Positions 1-9,247 of a stretch of 64,000 nt of DNA are shown here, piece after piece. A model generated the notes under the pieces. It did not search any database. It was not told the origin of the DNA and saw only the letters and a program-made list of their open reading frames with translations. This DNA is from a virus: the IMG/VR virus record IMGVR_UViG_3300045988_126562; one strand, given 5' to 3'. The position numbers were made by a program, and so were the translations under genes. Position 1 is the first letter of the stretch, and the number at the start of each line of letters is the position of its first letter.

Positions 1-646
1 TTGCCCAAGCTTCTAATGCTAGATAATTAGCGTTATCATATCCATATTGTGCTCCATGAAACATAAACCATTCATGTGGATGAGTTCCTATTGGAGTTAA
101 ATTGTATTTCATCGCCAAATAACAATTGGATGTTCCAGTCAAGGAATGTCTGGCATATTGAGCTAAATGTTTTACTACAGCGTCTTGTACTGCAAATGAA
201 GCTCTTCTTCGTGTTCCAAATTCACTAAACTTAATACCACTATTATCAGCTAAAGATGCTTTAGATACAGTCTTGGCTATAGTTGTAGCAAGATTTATAG
301 GGCTTTGACTCCTAGTTAATACTTCACTGACAATTGCCAAAATTGGAACTTCCCATAGTGTAATCCTATAAAGCAGTCCTGTAGCCTTTATATGTAAATG
401 ATTGTTTTCATCCAACCAGATATTTACTTCTTTTCTATCATATTTGTATCCAGATAACCATTCAAAATAGCATGGAGGAATGTAATAACAAGAATCAATC
501 ATAAACTTACGCTCTTCTTCGGTAAGTTTTAAAGAATCCATGTGAGTAATTTCCATACCTATTTGTTGTAATTGCTCTTTTGTGTATTCAGTGTTGTTTC
601 TGTCTACAAACTCAAACGTTCCTATCGCATGTGGATATAATTTCAT
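1..646 (-). CDS. pncB: Nicotinate phosphoribosyltransferase (PncB-like); C-terminal part cut off by window edge
   Basis: Manual minus-strand translation from ATG at 646 (MKLYPHAIGTFEF...) stays open to position 1. It contains the FGTRRR, TGTSN and PIGTHPHEWF motifs typical of NAPRTase. Absent from the ORF track because no stop lies in the window. Confidence 0.75.
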   Translation of the reverse strand, partial: MKLYPHAIGTFEFVDRNNTEYTKEQLQQIGMEITHMDSLKLTEEERKFMIDSCYYIPPCYFEWLSGYKYDRKEVNIWLDENNHLHIKATGLLYRITLWEVPILAIVSEVLTRSQSPINLATTIAKTVSKASLADNSGIKFSEFGTRRRASFAVQDAVVKHLAQYARHSLTGTSNCYLAMKYNLTPIGTHPHEWFMFHGAQYGYDNANYLALEAWA

Positions 647-695
647 ATACGCATAGGAAGTAGTAAATTTATATAAATCGTTATCTAAAATTGAA

Positions 696-908
696 TTAAT
701 TATCATATATTGCTTTTATGTTATTTGAAATTGTCAAAACTATAAATATAAATGTTATAAATATATTAACTATAGGAATTAAAGTCATAGTTACCATCAT
801 TCTAATATCTGATAAGCTTCCTATTTCTTCTTCTGGAATAGATCTAGTAAAGAGTAAAATCAGACATATACTCATTGGAATTAGCCAGATTGCAAGGAGT
901 GTTGTCAT
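696..908 (-). CDS. Small hydrophobic (2-TM) protein, unknown function
   Basis: 70-aa minus-strand ORF between pncB and pncA with two hydrophobic stretches. No motif recognised. Confidence 0.4.
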   Translation of the reverse strand: MTTLLAIWLIPMSICLILLFTRSIPEEEIGSLSDIRMMVTMTLIPIVNIFITFIFIVLTISNNIKAIYDN

Positions 909-1465
909 ATCTTCTTTAAATTATTACATTCTATCAGTCCATTTAATTTTATCCCTCCGTCTATAGAGGCTATGCAGTCAGTTAAAACTATTATATTAGA
1001 GAATCCCAATTTTAATAAATTTACAGTAGTATCGTATACGCAGTAATCACCAGCTACACCACATATATAGATTGGGTCAGATAAATTTACAATTTTATTA
1101 TAAATATAAGATTGAGGAATATCATATCCAAAAGCTCCATATTCCTCCTTATTTGGTTCACTACCTTTTTCTACTATATCAACTCCTATTCCTCTCTTGT
1201 TAAGTTCCACTAGCATAGAAGAAATATTAGATACGATAGCGGCTCCCCAAGTGTGTTGAATACAGTGTGTTGGCCATTCCCCTCCTTGTGTATTAAAACT
1301 ACAATGATTAAATGGATGCCAATCTACAGTTACTATTACTTGTGTATAATCCCCCATTACTAATTCAGAGACTATATTTTTCATGACTTCTTTAGCATCA
1401 TTTACAGCTAGATTTCCAGAAACAAAATCGTTCTGGGGATCTACTATAATTAAAGTTTTGTTCAT
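905..1465 (-). CDS. pncA: Nicotinamidase / isochorismatase-family hydrolase (PncA-like)
   Basis: Motifs LIIVDPQNDF, WPTHC and CGVAGDYCV (catalytic Cys context). Start moved to Met37 (MNKTLIIVD), which gives an ATGA overlap with the upstream small ORF. Confidence 0.75.
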   Translation of the reverse strand: MNKTLIIVDPQNDFVSGNLAVNDAKEVMKNIVSELVMGDYTQVIVTVDWHPFNHCSFNTQGGEWPTHCIQHTWGAAIVSNISSMLVELNKRGIGVDIVEKGSEPNKEEYGAFGYDIPQSYIYNKIVNLSDPIYICGVAGDYCVYDTTVNLLKLGFSNIIVLTDCIASIDGGIKLNGLIECNNLKKI

Positions 1466-1647
1466 TTTATTGATGTTATTACGACGATTATTAATAATAT
1501 GATAATACCTACAAAGGCTGGAATCCAAATTGGACTTAACACCCAAATCCAAGACCATGTTATCACATGACATAACTTTAGTACTATAAACACAATGGTA
1601 AGGAGTCCGAAGAATTCTATGCCTCCTGAACTTTTAGATTCACTCAT
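1462..1647 (-). CDS. Small membrane protein
   Basis: 61-aa ORF, almost entirely hydrophobic, start/stop-coupled to its neighbours. Confidence 0.4.
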   Translation of the reverse strand: MSESKSSGGIEFFGLLTIVFIVLKLCHVITWSWIWVLSPIWIPAFVGIIILLIIVVITSIK

Positions 1648-2351
1648 TTCTCTATTTCAATTATAAAAGGTTCGTATGTAGAGTTATAACGCTCATTATT
1701 TAAACTTACATTTACAACTTTTCCATCCATAAATTCTACTGGTCTATGATCTCCGCTATGTATGTGACCACAAAATAACCATTTAAATTTAGTCTTTTCT
1801 AGTTGTTTTCTTAGAGGGTAGTTGCCGTGATGTTCTGGCCCCACCGAACTACTGCGAGGATTTTCTAGAATACAATCACACCAACCTATGCCAAATGGAG
1901 GATCATGACTTACAATTATATCTACTGTTTCTGGAATAGATTTAAATTTCTCTTCTAATACCTCCTCCGATCTCATAAATGGCCAGTTACCAAATTGGTG
2001 ACAATATGGAGTGCCAAATATGTTCCATGTTTTCCCTTCATCATCTATGTATTCTGAAGAATTGTTCTTCAAATATACTAATTTCTGAGAAGATAGAAAT
2101 GACAATTCTGTAATCAAAGTATTAGAACAGGATTCAAAAACAGCATCGTGATTTCCAGCTACTAAATAGACTTTTTCCACATCCAAATGTTTTACCCACT
2201 GCATAAAATCATTCTTTAGCCACTCTTTCATAGCTGGCTTATTAAATTGTATATGCAATGGACTAATATCTCCAGCCACTACTGCAATATTAGCTTTTAC
2301 GTCTATTACTGGTAAATCTCCATGCAAATCGCTTATTGCTATTATTTTCAT
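1644..2351 (-). CDS. Calcineurin-like metallophosphoesterase
   Basis: Motifs SDLHGD, GDIS, GNHD and GHIHSG in canonical order. Confidence 0.7.
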   Translation of the reverse strand: MKIIAISDLHGDLPVIDVKANIAVVAGDISPLHIQFNKPAMKEWLKNDFMQWVKHLDVEKVYLVAGNHDAVFESCSNTLITELSFLSSQKLVYLKNNSSEYIDDEGKTWNIFGTPYCHQFGNWPFMRSEEVLEEKFKSIPETVDIIVSHDPPFGIGWCDCILENPRSSSVGPEHHGNYPLRKQLEKTKFKWLFCGHIHSGDHRPVEFMDGKVVNVSLNNERYNSTYEPFIIEIEK

Positions 2352-2523
2352 AACTTATTATTTTAAAATATGCTTGTCCAAAGTTTATACTCCTAAACCC
2401 CAATAAATCATGGCATATAGCTCCAGGATCATTTATTATTTCGTATAATTGATCTGGAGTAATAGTAAATTCTTCTGAATCTTCGTATTTAAAATTTGGA
2501 TTGATACTAACTAATACTACCAT
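2290..2523 (-). CDS. Hypothetical protein
   Basis: 77-aa minus-strand ORF in a co-oriented array. Its 3' end overlaps the next gene, so its extent is uncertain. Confidence 0.3.
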   Translation of the reverse strand: MVVLVSINPNFKYEDSEEFTITPDQLYEIINDPGAICHDLLGFRSINFGQAYFKIISYENNSNKRFAWRFTSNRRKS

Positions 2524-2782
2524 TTTTACAAGATTCTATCCATTTATTAAATTCCTCAAAGTTTTTGAACTGAGGAAATTCATCCCTGTTCATTACAAAG
2601 TATGTATTTACTGGTTTTAATAAAGACTTTCTATAATTATTGTATTTATCCAATAAGTATTGAAATTGCATAAACTCTGAGTAAGATTCACAAGCCTTAG
2701 CTAAATCTTCTATTTTTATTACAAAGTATTTACAATCTCTATCTTTATACCATTCTATTATATTTTTAATCCAACTTTTCAT
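2507..2782 (-). CDS. Hypothetical protein
   Basis: Intact minus-strand ORF in a tight co-oriented array. No motif recognised. Confidence 0.4.
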   Translation of the reverse strand: MKSWIKNIIEWYKDRDCKYFVIKIEDLAKACESYSEFMQFQYLLDKYNNYRKSLLKPVNTYFVMNRDEFPQFKNFEEFNKWIESCKNGSIS

Positions 2783-3002
2783 CTTCCAAATACCTTTTTG
2801 GCGCGAGAAATATAAAATATATAAACAGTACTATTATTGTTATTACTATTAAGAGAGGAATTAATAATAAAGTTGCGGGTAATAATATCACCCACACTGG
2901 TATAGGAAATATGACCTTTAATAGCAATAACAATATAGTACTATATAATAAAAAACTACTAAGAATTTTTAGTATTTTTACCTGAATTAACATGTTCTTC
3001 AA
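2766..3002 (-). CDS. Small membrane protein
   Basis: 78 aa with two long hydrophobic helices. Confidence 0.4.
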   Translation of the reverse strand: MKNMLIQVKILKILSSFLLYSTILLLLLKVIFPIPVWVILLPATLLLIPLLIVITIIVLFIYFIFLAPKRYLEDEKLD

Positions 3003-3330
3003 ACATAGTTAGTACAATATCCTGTAAATGAGATACATCTCTAACATATATCTCATCATTTTCTACATCCATTCTTGCGCTTATATTGGCATACATATTA
3101 TCAACAGCATGAATACATTCGTGCAACACAACTTTTCTAGTATTGTCTTTTCTTAACACAATATATATGTATTCACCTACTTGCTGACAATAAGCATCCA
3201 TTTTTTCATCTTCTCCTTCTTCCCACGGTAATGTATTTTCTAAACAGCATTCTTTTAGAGTATCTCCTATTACCACTTTTATCCCTTGTTCATATGTAGG
3301 GAAATATATTGGATTACTTACGTATACCAT
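2959..3330 (-). CDS. Putative zincin-like metallopeptidase (HExxH)
   Basis: LHECIHAV contains an HExxH motif. Nothing else recognisable. Confidence 0.4.
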   Translation of the reverse strand: MVYVSNPIYFPTYEQGIKVVIGDTLKECCLENTLPWEEGEDEKMDAYCQQVGEYIYIVLRKDNTRKVVLHECIHAVDNMYANISARMDVENDEIYVRDVSHLQDIVLTMFEEHVNSGKNTKNS

Positions 3331-3916
3331 TGTAATATGCTAACACAGGACTATTTTTATGTATCTCTGGAGGTTGCATATCTTTAAAGGATTGGGAATA
3401 TTTTAAGCAATCAAATGGTTTAGTTATTAAATGATAGCCATTTATTGTAGGAATAATATCGCATACTCCAATATTTGGAGGGCAATCTTCTACAATTTTA
3501 ATAGTAGTAGCTACTTCATCGTAGTTAGAAGTATCAATGTCTATCATCCAATATTTAGTTCCAGGTACTAAAGCTTCTTTGCCCCCAGAAATAGTTCTAG
3601 ATAGTCTGTGTACTTTATACTCATCACTAAGCAATCTCTTACTTATTTCGTGCATAGAAGCTATAGCCATCTTTCGGAAACTTCTAGCAGTTGGATGAAA
3701 ATATACTCTAGCATTAAAAAATTTACTTAACTCCACTATTTCATTTTTTAGTTGATCTAGCTGTTCCGGAGTTTGAATGTAATAATCCTTTATATACTTT
3801 TCACATCTTGGAAGGTCGGAATTATCTTTCCTTCTAGCTATTATCTGCAAAAACCAATAATAGTCTGGATTTGGAACTATATATTTTTTTATTACGTTTA
3901 GGTTATCAATTATCAT
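3314..3916 (-). CDS. Hypothetical protein
   Basis: 200-aa intact ORF, overlap-coupled to neighbours. No motif recognised. Confidence 0.45.
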   Translation of the reverse strand: MIIDNLNVIKKYIVPNPDYYWFLQIIARRKDNSDLPRCEKYIKDYYIQTPEQLDQLKNEIVELSKFFNARVYFHPTARSFRKMAIASMHEISKRLLSDEYKVHRLSRTISGGKEALVPGTKYWMIDIDTSNYDEVATTIKIVEDCPPNIGVCDIIPTINGYHLITKPFDCLKYSQSFKDMQPPEIHKNSPVLAYYNGIRK

Positions 3917-4169
3917 TGTAATAATTTACTTGTAAATGAAAAGATATTGCATTAAATCTAGCATCAAGATTATTACCTTTGCAGACCTTTCTGCATTCTC
4001 TAAATAAATAGTTAAAAATTAAATCATCATCCGAATACCAGTCTGAGTTAATGCTTGAAGTCCAATGTTGACCATATTTATCTGGAGTACTTGAGTATTC
4101 AGGCTTTTCTCCAGTTACTATCCATTCTCCACCAGTAGATTCTTCTATTACGTACCAGAATTGCATCAT
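3906..4169 (-). CDS. Hypothetical protein
   Basis: Intact minus-strand ORF in a tight co-oriented array. Confidence 0.4.
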   Translation of the reverse strand: MMQFWYVIEESTGGEWIVTGEKPEYSSTPDKYGQHWTSSINSDWYSDDDLIFNYLFRECRKVCKGNNLDARFNAISFHLQVNYYNDN

Positions 4170-4567
4170 TTCTTCAAATCTCCCATCACTCCTCTATCAA
4201 TTCTCTCTTGAACTCGCTCCTTGCAAGCATCCAAAAACATTTGCAAACCTGCAATTTGTTTTTCATTAGAGGGGTGAGGAAATCTCTCATTAAGCTTCTT
4301 AACTCTATCTAAAAGAATTAAAGCTACTTGTTCGGATTGCAAACCAGGCACTGTTGTTCCGTCTTCTTCCTTTTTAACAAATTGTAGAGTAACAGTTTTA
4401 TCTATATAGTTAGGTGCTCTACGTTTCGAATCGAATCCAGTACATAGCCTAATACGATATCTGTGTGCTCCATTATATTCGTTATCAACTATAGTTTCTA
4501 TTGTGGGTTCACTACTAGGAAATACCAACAAGTCTTCTAATGACGAAAATTTCTTTACTGCTGCCAT
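4166..4567 (-). CDS. Hypothetical protein
   Basis: 133-aa ORF with an ATGA overlap to the downstream gene. No motif I can name. Confidence 0.45.
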   Translation of the reverse strand: MAAVKKFSSLEDLLVFPSSEPTIETIVDNEYNGAHRYRIRLCTGFDSKRRAPNYIDKTVTLQFVKKEEDGTTVPGLQSEQVALILLDRVKKLNERFPHPSNEKQIAGLQMFLDACKERVQERIDRGVMGDLKK

Positions 4568-4568
4568 T

Positions 4569-4847
4569 TTAGCCTAATTTTTTAGTTATTGTTTTTATTA
4601 ATACTCTTTGAGAATTATATACTTTAGTCACTTGAAATCCAACTTTATGTGGATTACTTTCTATTGCACTTGTTACCGCACCAATCAATATATTACCCAT
4701 TCCATTTTGAATCATAGTTATACTATAATCAGGATTATATGGTACAGATGGGTTAATAGCCTTAGCTGCTAATTCCACATATGTAAGTGCATCCTCTAAA
4801 TTCATGATACTACCTGATATCACTTTTTTATATAATTTTTCAAGCAT
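4569..4847 (-). CDS. Hypothetical protein
   Basis: Intact minus-strand ORF in a tight co-oriented array. Confidence 0.4.
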   Translation of the reverse strand: MLEKLYKKVISGSIMNLEDALTYVELAAKAINPSVPYNPDYSITMIQNGMGNILIGAVTSAIESNPHKVGFQVTKVYNSQRVLIKTITKKLG

Positions 4848-5412
4848 TCTGTATATAATTTTTAGTAATTCTTTCTTTTACTTCTTGAAAGGAAAATGGA
4901 CAATAATTGTTATTATCCATTCCTATATTTAATTGGCCAGATGATAGTTTATTAAGCCAATTAGTATTTACTGCATCATTTTGATGAGTATGTCCATATA
5001 ACATCCAACAGCCTCTACTTTGTTCAGGCCATGTTATAAAAGGAAAATGATGCATAAAAACTTTTTGTTCTGGAATCTCCTCATCTCCTTCTACTATAAT
5101 CATTAATTGATCATAGACTCCTTTAAATAAATTTTGAGGAGGATGTTCCATATCATGATTTCCTTTTATTAAGTAAATATCTCCATCTAATTGAGATATC
5201 ATAGATTCCCATTTCTCTTTACCTCCGAAACATACATCTCCCAAATGAAATACAACTCCATTCTTAGGAACGGTTTCATTCCATAATGTAATAATAGCTT
5301 CATTCATTTCATTAACATCATTGAATGGCCTATCACAGTATTTTATAATATTCTTATGGAAGAAGTGAGTATCTGAAGTAAAGAAAACTTTATTATAAGG
5401 AACGCGTATCAT
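4840..5412 (-). CDS. Calcineurin-like metallophosphoesterase
   Basis: Motifs SDTHFFH, LGDV, GNHD and GHTH. Confidence 0.7.
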   Translation of the reverse strand: MIRVPYNKVFFTSDTHFFHKNIIKYCDRPFNDVNEMNEAIITLWNETVPKNGVVFHLGDVCFGGKEKWESMISQLDGDIYLIKGNHDMEHPPQNLFKGVYDQLMIIVEGDEEIPEQKVFMHHFPFITWPEQSRGCWMLYGHTHQNDAVNTNWLNKLSSGQLNIGMDNNNYCPFSFQEVKERITKNYIQNA

Positions 5413-6547
5413 TTTTCAATAATTTATATTGATTATACAATAACATAAAATCCAGAGGGCTATTAACCCATCCAGATTTATTTGGAGTTGGATATTTTTC
5501 TATATATTCTCCAAGTAAATTAAGATTTATATCTATTCTCTTACTTGTTAGAAATGCTAATTGGGGCATAAATAATTCAGAACCATCTCTTAAAGATGTT
5601 TCTAATGATTTGTTAAATTTTTTTACAATTCTGCTTTCATAATTGCCTCCATACCAGGCATTCCCAGCTATGGCTAAACTATAGTAAGAAGTGTTTTTAA
5701 CTGGAAGTTTAAACCATTTGCAAATATATGGGTGATATAACCTGTCTGCCAAAAATATAAATGGCTTGTACCATATACTTGACCAGAAAGTCTTGCTATT
5801 ACCTCCGAAATTATTATATGTCTTTTTAAATCCGTAGGAAAAATACCAATTATTAGCCCCTCTTTTTACTTTAATAGTGTATTTCAACTTTCTATTTCTT
5901 TCACTTATTCTTTCCCAATAAGGTTCAAATATACGAAGATATGTCCAGTTATGATATAAAGCACTATAATATGGATTATATATAACATGTTTGTTTTTAA
6001 TAACATATTCAGTTATATCTTTCCCTAATTCCTTAGCCTTTTCATAGGTATCAGACAAGTAAGACAATATAGGAACTAAATTCCATATTTGATCCTGGCT
6101 TACAAAGGGAGAAAAGCAGGGGTCTTCATCTATTCTTTCTATACCACTAGAATATCCGGTTCTTATACTCTTTAATCCAAATTTAGAAGCTAAACTGCTA
6201 TTGACATCATCTCTTAAAAAGAATCCTGGTTCTTTCTTAAAATACACATTTGGGCATTTGTCTACAAACATCTGATAACATCCATCTATCAATCTTCTTA
6301 GAGTGGACAGTACTTTATTTAATTCTTCTTCTGTAGATTCCCCTAATTTAACACAAGTAAAGATATACTGGATATAGGAAGCTAAATTTATAGTTCCATC
6401 TCCCATTTCTCCACTCATAGAATCAAAGTTGATTCTGGATAGTGGTATATTAGATCCAGGAATATCCGAATTATCATCATATATAAAATTATTATAGAAT
6501 AATTCTTTATATGCTTTGTATTTCTCTTCTTTTGTCATATTTTTCAA
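5393..6547 (-). CDS. Hypothetical protein (384 aa)
   Basis: Long intact ORF. No motif recognised. Confidence 0.5.
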   Translation of the reverse strand: MKNMTKEEKYKAYKELFYNNFIYDDNSDIPGSNIPLSRINFDSMSGEMGDGTINLASYIQYIFTCVKLGESTEEELNKVLSTLRRLIDGCYQMFVDKCPNVYFKKEPGFFLRDDVNSSLASKFGLKSIRTGYSSGIERIDEDPCFSPFVSQDQIWNLVPILSYLSDTYEKAKELGKDITEYVIKNKHVIYNPYYSALYHNWTYLRIFEPYWERISERNRKLKYTIKVKRGANNWYFSYGFKKTYNNFGGNSKTFWSSIWYKPFIFLADRLYHPYICKWFKLPVKNTSYYSLAIAGNAWYGGNYESRIVKKFNKSLETSLRDGSELFMPQLAFLTSKRIDINLNLLGEYIEKYPTPNKSGWVNSPLDFMLLYNQYKLLKNDTRSL

Positions 6548-6764
6548 TTAAAGCCATATCAATGTCCATACAGCAATTTTTATATTTTTTACCACTTCCA
6601 CATGGACATTTATCATTTCTAGAAGGTATCTTTATTCTTCTTACGGGTTTGGGTTTAGATTGAAAGATATTAGATAAATTTTTCATTGCCTCATTATACC
6701 TCTCCTCTTTTTCCTCTTCCCATTCTTCTATAGTAGTTTTAATATCTAAGTCTGATATTTTCAT
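6507..6764 (-). CDS. Small protein with SEC-C-type metal-binding motif
   Basis: [13 protein letters not shown] matches the SEC-C motif pattern. Confidence 0.5.
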   Translation of the reverse strand: MKISDLDIKTTIEEWEEEKEERYNEAMKNLSNIFQSKPKPVRRIKIPSRNDKCPCGSGKKYKNCCMDIDMALIEKYDKRREIQSI

Positions 6765-6952
6765 TGTGAAATTTCTATTTTTTCAATATCTGCCCATTGA
6801 TTACAATCCCAAATTTCATCTCCCGTTTTATCCAATACCTCTTCCTTTGTAAGTTCCCCATTAAGGTATTTATTGTATAATTCTTCCTCTATTTCTATAG
6901 AGTACTTTTCTCTAGTTTCTATACTTAATGTAGCCATATTTTTACCAATCAC
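6761..6952 (-). CDS. Hypothetical protein
   Basis: 63-aa ORF, overlap-coupled to neighbours. Confidence 0.35.
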   Translation of the reverse strand: MIGKNMATLSIETREKYSIEIEEELYNKYLNGELTKEEVLDKTGDEIWDCNQWADIEKIEISQ

Positions 6953-7313
6953 TAGAATCAGTTATGTCTTTTATGCAACCACAAGAGTTACATCTCACTT
7001 CAATTATATTCCCTAATCCAGTAGGGGTTATAATGTATGAGAAATTGCCTCCTGTAGTTGAAAAAAATTCTTTACCTAAATAGTCGCGACAACAATTCCT
7101 ATGTTCTTCCAAAAACTCATTTATTCCTATGGTTTCATTTGCATTTACTCTAAATCTAAGAGTATTGTCTATTTGCGATCTTTTGGTTTTCAATTCAGTA
7201 AGATAACTAAGAAGTTCCTCATGGTCTAATTTACAAGATTCATTGGCGCATGAATTTATAACTTCTTCACAATGACTTATTGCTTCTTCTAAGCTCATAG
7301 TTCTTCTAACCAC
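6942..7313 (-). CDS. Hypothetical Cys-rich protein
   Basis: 123-aa ORF with CNSCGC and other Cys pairs. Confidence 0.4.
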   Translation of the reverse strand: MVRRTMSLEEAISHCEEVINSCANESCKLDHEELLSYLTELKTKRSQIDNTLRFRVNANETIGINEFLEEHRNCCRDYLGKEFFSTTGGNFSYIITPTGLGNIIEVRCNSCGCIKDITDSSDW

Positions 7314-7480
7314 TGTAAATTAATAAAATAAGCAGAACTTCCAAAATCGTCTAGTCCCTTATCGTCGTTTATTAAATAAGAATTATCTTCAAAACCAGGT
7401 TTATCCATTAATTCTTGAATATCTGGCCACTGTACTACTTTATATAAACCTTTCATATTAGTATTCTTTTTATTTCCCAA
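7295..7480 (-). CDS. Hypothetical protein
   Basis: 61-aa ORF in a co-oriented array. Confidence 0.35.
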   Translation of the reverse strand: MGNKKNTNMKGLYKVVQWPDIQELMDKPGFEDNSYLINDDKGLDDFGSSAYFINLQWLEEL

Positions 7481-7836
7481 GTAAAATCTTTGACTAATGC
7501 TAATATTAATTCTTCTTTGGTCACTTCTATCAGCTCTCCATAATTTATGTCATAAAACCATTCAGGGTAATCCTTACTGATGAGTTCAAATTTTTTAGAT
7601 TGCCCGTACCATACAACTCCATATCCTTGAAGTTCTAACTCATCCATTTCCCCTCTAGCTCCTATACAGTGGAAATATCTAGTACCAGCCTCATACATAT
7701 TTTGAACAAAGTATTTTCCTATATAGTTATATTTGGACCCTCTTTCTTCTAAACTTCTTTTATGGGCTTCTAACTTAGCTAGATTTTTTCTGGCTTCTTC
7801 TATTTCTTTGTCAATATCACTTTTCATACAAGCCAT
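7453..7836 (-). CDS. Hypothetical protein
   Basis: 127-aa ORF in a co-oriented array. Confidence 0.4.
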   Translation of the reverse strand: MACMKSDIDKEIEEARKNLAKLEAHKRSLEERGSKYNYIGKYFVQNMYEAGTRYFHCIGARGEMDELELQGYGVVWYGQSKKFELISKDYPEWFYDINYGELIEVTKEELILALVKDFTWEIKRILI

Positions 7837-8804
7837 CCTCTTTTAATAAATTCCTCGTGTAATGGTTGTGCTAATTCTCTTGCTTGTGGATGAGCATCTT
7901 TGGCATCCCTAAGCTTAAAGAATCCCTTCCATTGGTCAATAGTACCAGTCATAATTAACTCAGTCTTTAGAGAGTTTGGTAATACTGCTCTTGCTTGCTG
8001 AGGTTTCCATCCTGTGTTAAGTAAACCTAGATAAGTATCCTCAGATATTTGTAGAGAACGCATAAAGGCTTCTGTTTCTTCCCAATTTGGATAGTGTCTT
8101 TTATAATCAGTATACTCGCACGGTTTATCTTTAAACCAAAGATTAGAGGAATCATCGTACCCAGCTTCTTCTACTGATAATCCAGCGGTTAATAAAGGAT
8201 TTTGATCCTCCCACATATATTCTCCTTCTCGCAAGCTTAACCAACTTGGAATAACAAAGGTAAGTTCATTATTAAACTTACTTTTAGAATAATTGCAGTA
8301 TCTTGTGCTCTCTTGAGCGAAGCTAAATACGCGATGGCGTACAAATTCGTGAGATACACCCCTATCACATATGAATTTAACAGTTATACGTTTAGTATGA
8401 TATTTTGTAGGTTCACATAAGAACTCTAAGTCCTCTAAACAATCATTTTCCAACAGAACTCTATAATTTGTAGTAACACACCAAGCACATACTTCATTTC
8501 CATATTTGTCAGTAAACACAAAATCATTACATTCATTTACTACAGAGTAGGGATTGTCTATGTAGGTATTAACTGCCTCTGGACAATAAGTAGTCATAGG
8601 TATAGCTAAATACACTGTACCTTGCTCTAATACAGCAGTATGACCTCTATTAATAATCATATCTACAAATTTCTTTGCACTATCTTTTGTTATTTTATCT
8701 TCTGATTTATAGCATGTACGGCCACATCTCTCGATGTGGCGTAGCATACCTTCATAGCTAGGTTCTTGCTCTAATATTTCAAAGCTAGGTTTTACCAACT
8801 TCAT
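7824..8804 (-). CDS. thyX: FAD-dependent thymidylate synthase ThyX
   Basis: The ThyX signature RHRxxSxxxxSxRY is present as FVRHRVFSFAQESTRY. 326 aa. Confidence 0.85.
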   Translation of the reverse strand: MKLVKPSFEILEQEPSYEGMLRHIERCGRTCYKSEDKITKDSAKKFVDMIINRGHTAVLEQGTVYLAIPMTTYCPEAVNTYIDNPYSVVNECNDFVFTDKYGNEVCAWCVTTNYRVLLENDCLEDLEFLCEPTKYHTKRITVKFICDRGVSHEFVRHRVFSFAQESTRYCNYSKSKFNNELTFVIPSWLSLREGEYMWEDQNPLLTAGLSVEEAGYDDSSNLWFKDKPCEYTDYKRHYPNWEETEAFMRSLQISEDTYLGLLNTGWKPQQARAVLPNSLKTELIMTGTIDQWKGFFKLRDAKDAHPQARELAQPLHEEFIKRGWLV

Positions 8805-9247
8805 TTTCCAGTAAATAAATTCTTTATAGGAGATATTATCTCCTCAGTTGATAAGTTATTAATTATCTTGGCATAATTACTAATTATCTCTAAACCTTCT
8901 ACTATAGATTTACCATTAAATCTTAAGGTATCAGAAATCATTTGGATAGACGAAGAAATTAATCCAATATCATTTGACTTAACTGGAATCAGTTGATAGG
9001 TTTCATCCAGTTTGTCTCTAAGTTCTTGAGTAAAACTTGATGCTATACATTGTTTTCTTATAAAAGTTACATTTTTCAAAATGCAAATACTATCTTCCAG
9101 GGTCTTCATATTGACTCCATTGTAGAATCCCAGACCAATTAAATATCCTCCTTTGTATACTTTATATAAGGTATCTCTTTTATATTTATTATTGCACCAA
9201 TTGTAAAATTGTTCGTAATTTAACATATTAATGAATCCAATGATCAC
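8801..9247 (-). CDS. Hypothetical protein
   Basis: 148-aa ORF, overlap-coupled to thyX and the polymerase gene. Confidence 0.4.
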   Translation of the reverse strand: MIIGFINMLNYEQFYNWCNNKYKRDTLYKVYKGGYLIGLGFYNGVNMKTLEDSICILKNVTFIRKQCIASSFTQELRDKLDETYQLIPVKSNDIGLISSSIQMISDTLRFNGKSIVEGLEIISNYAKIINNLSTEEIISPIKNLFTGK

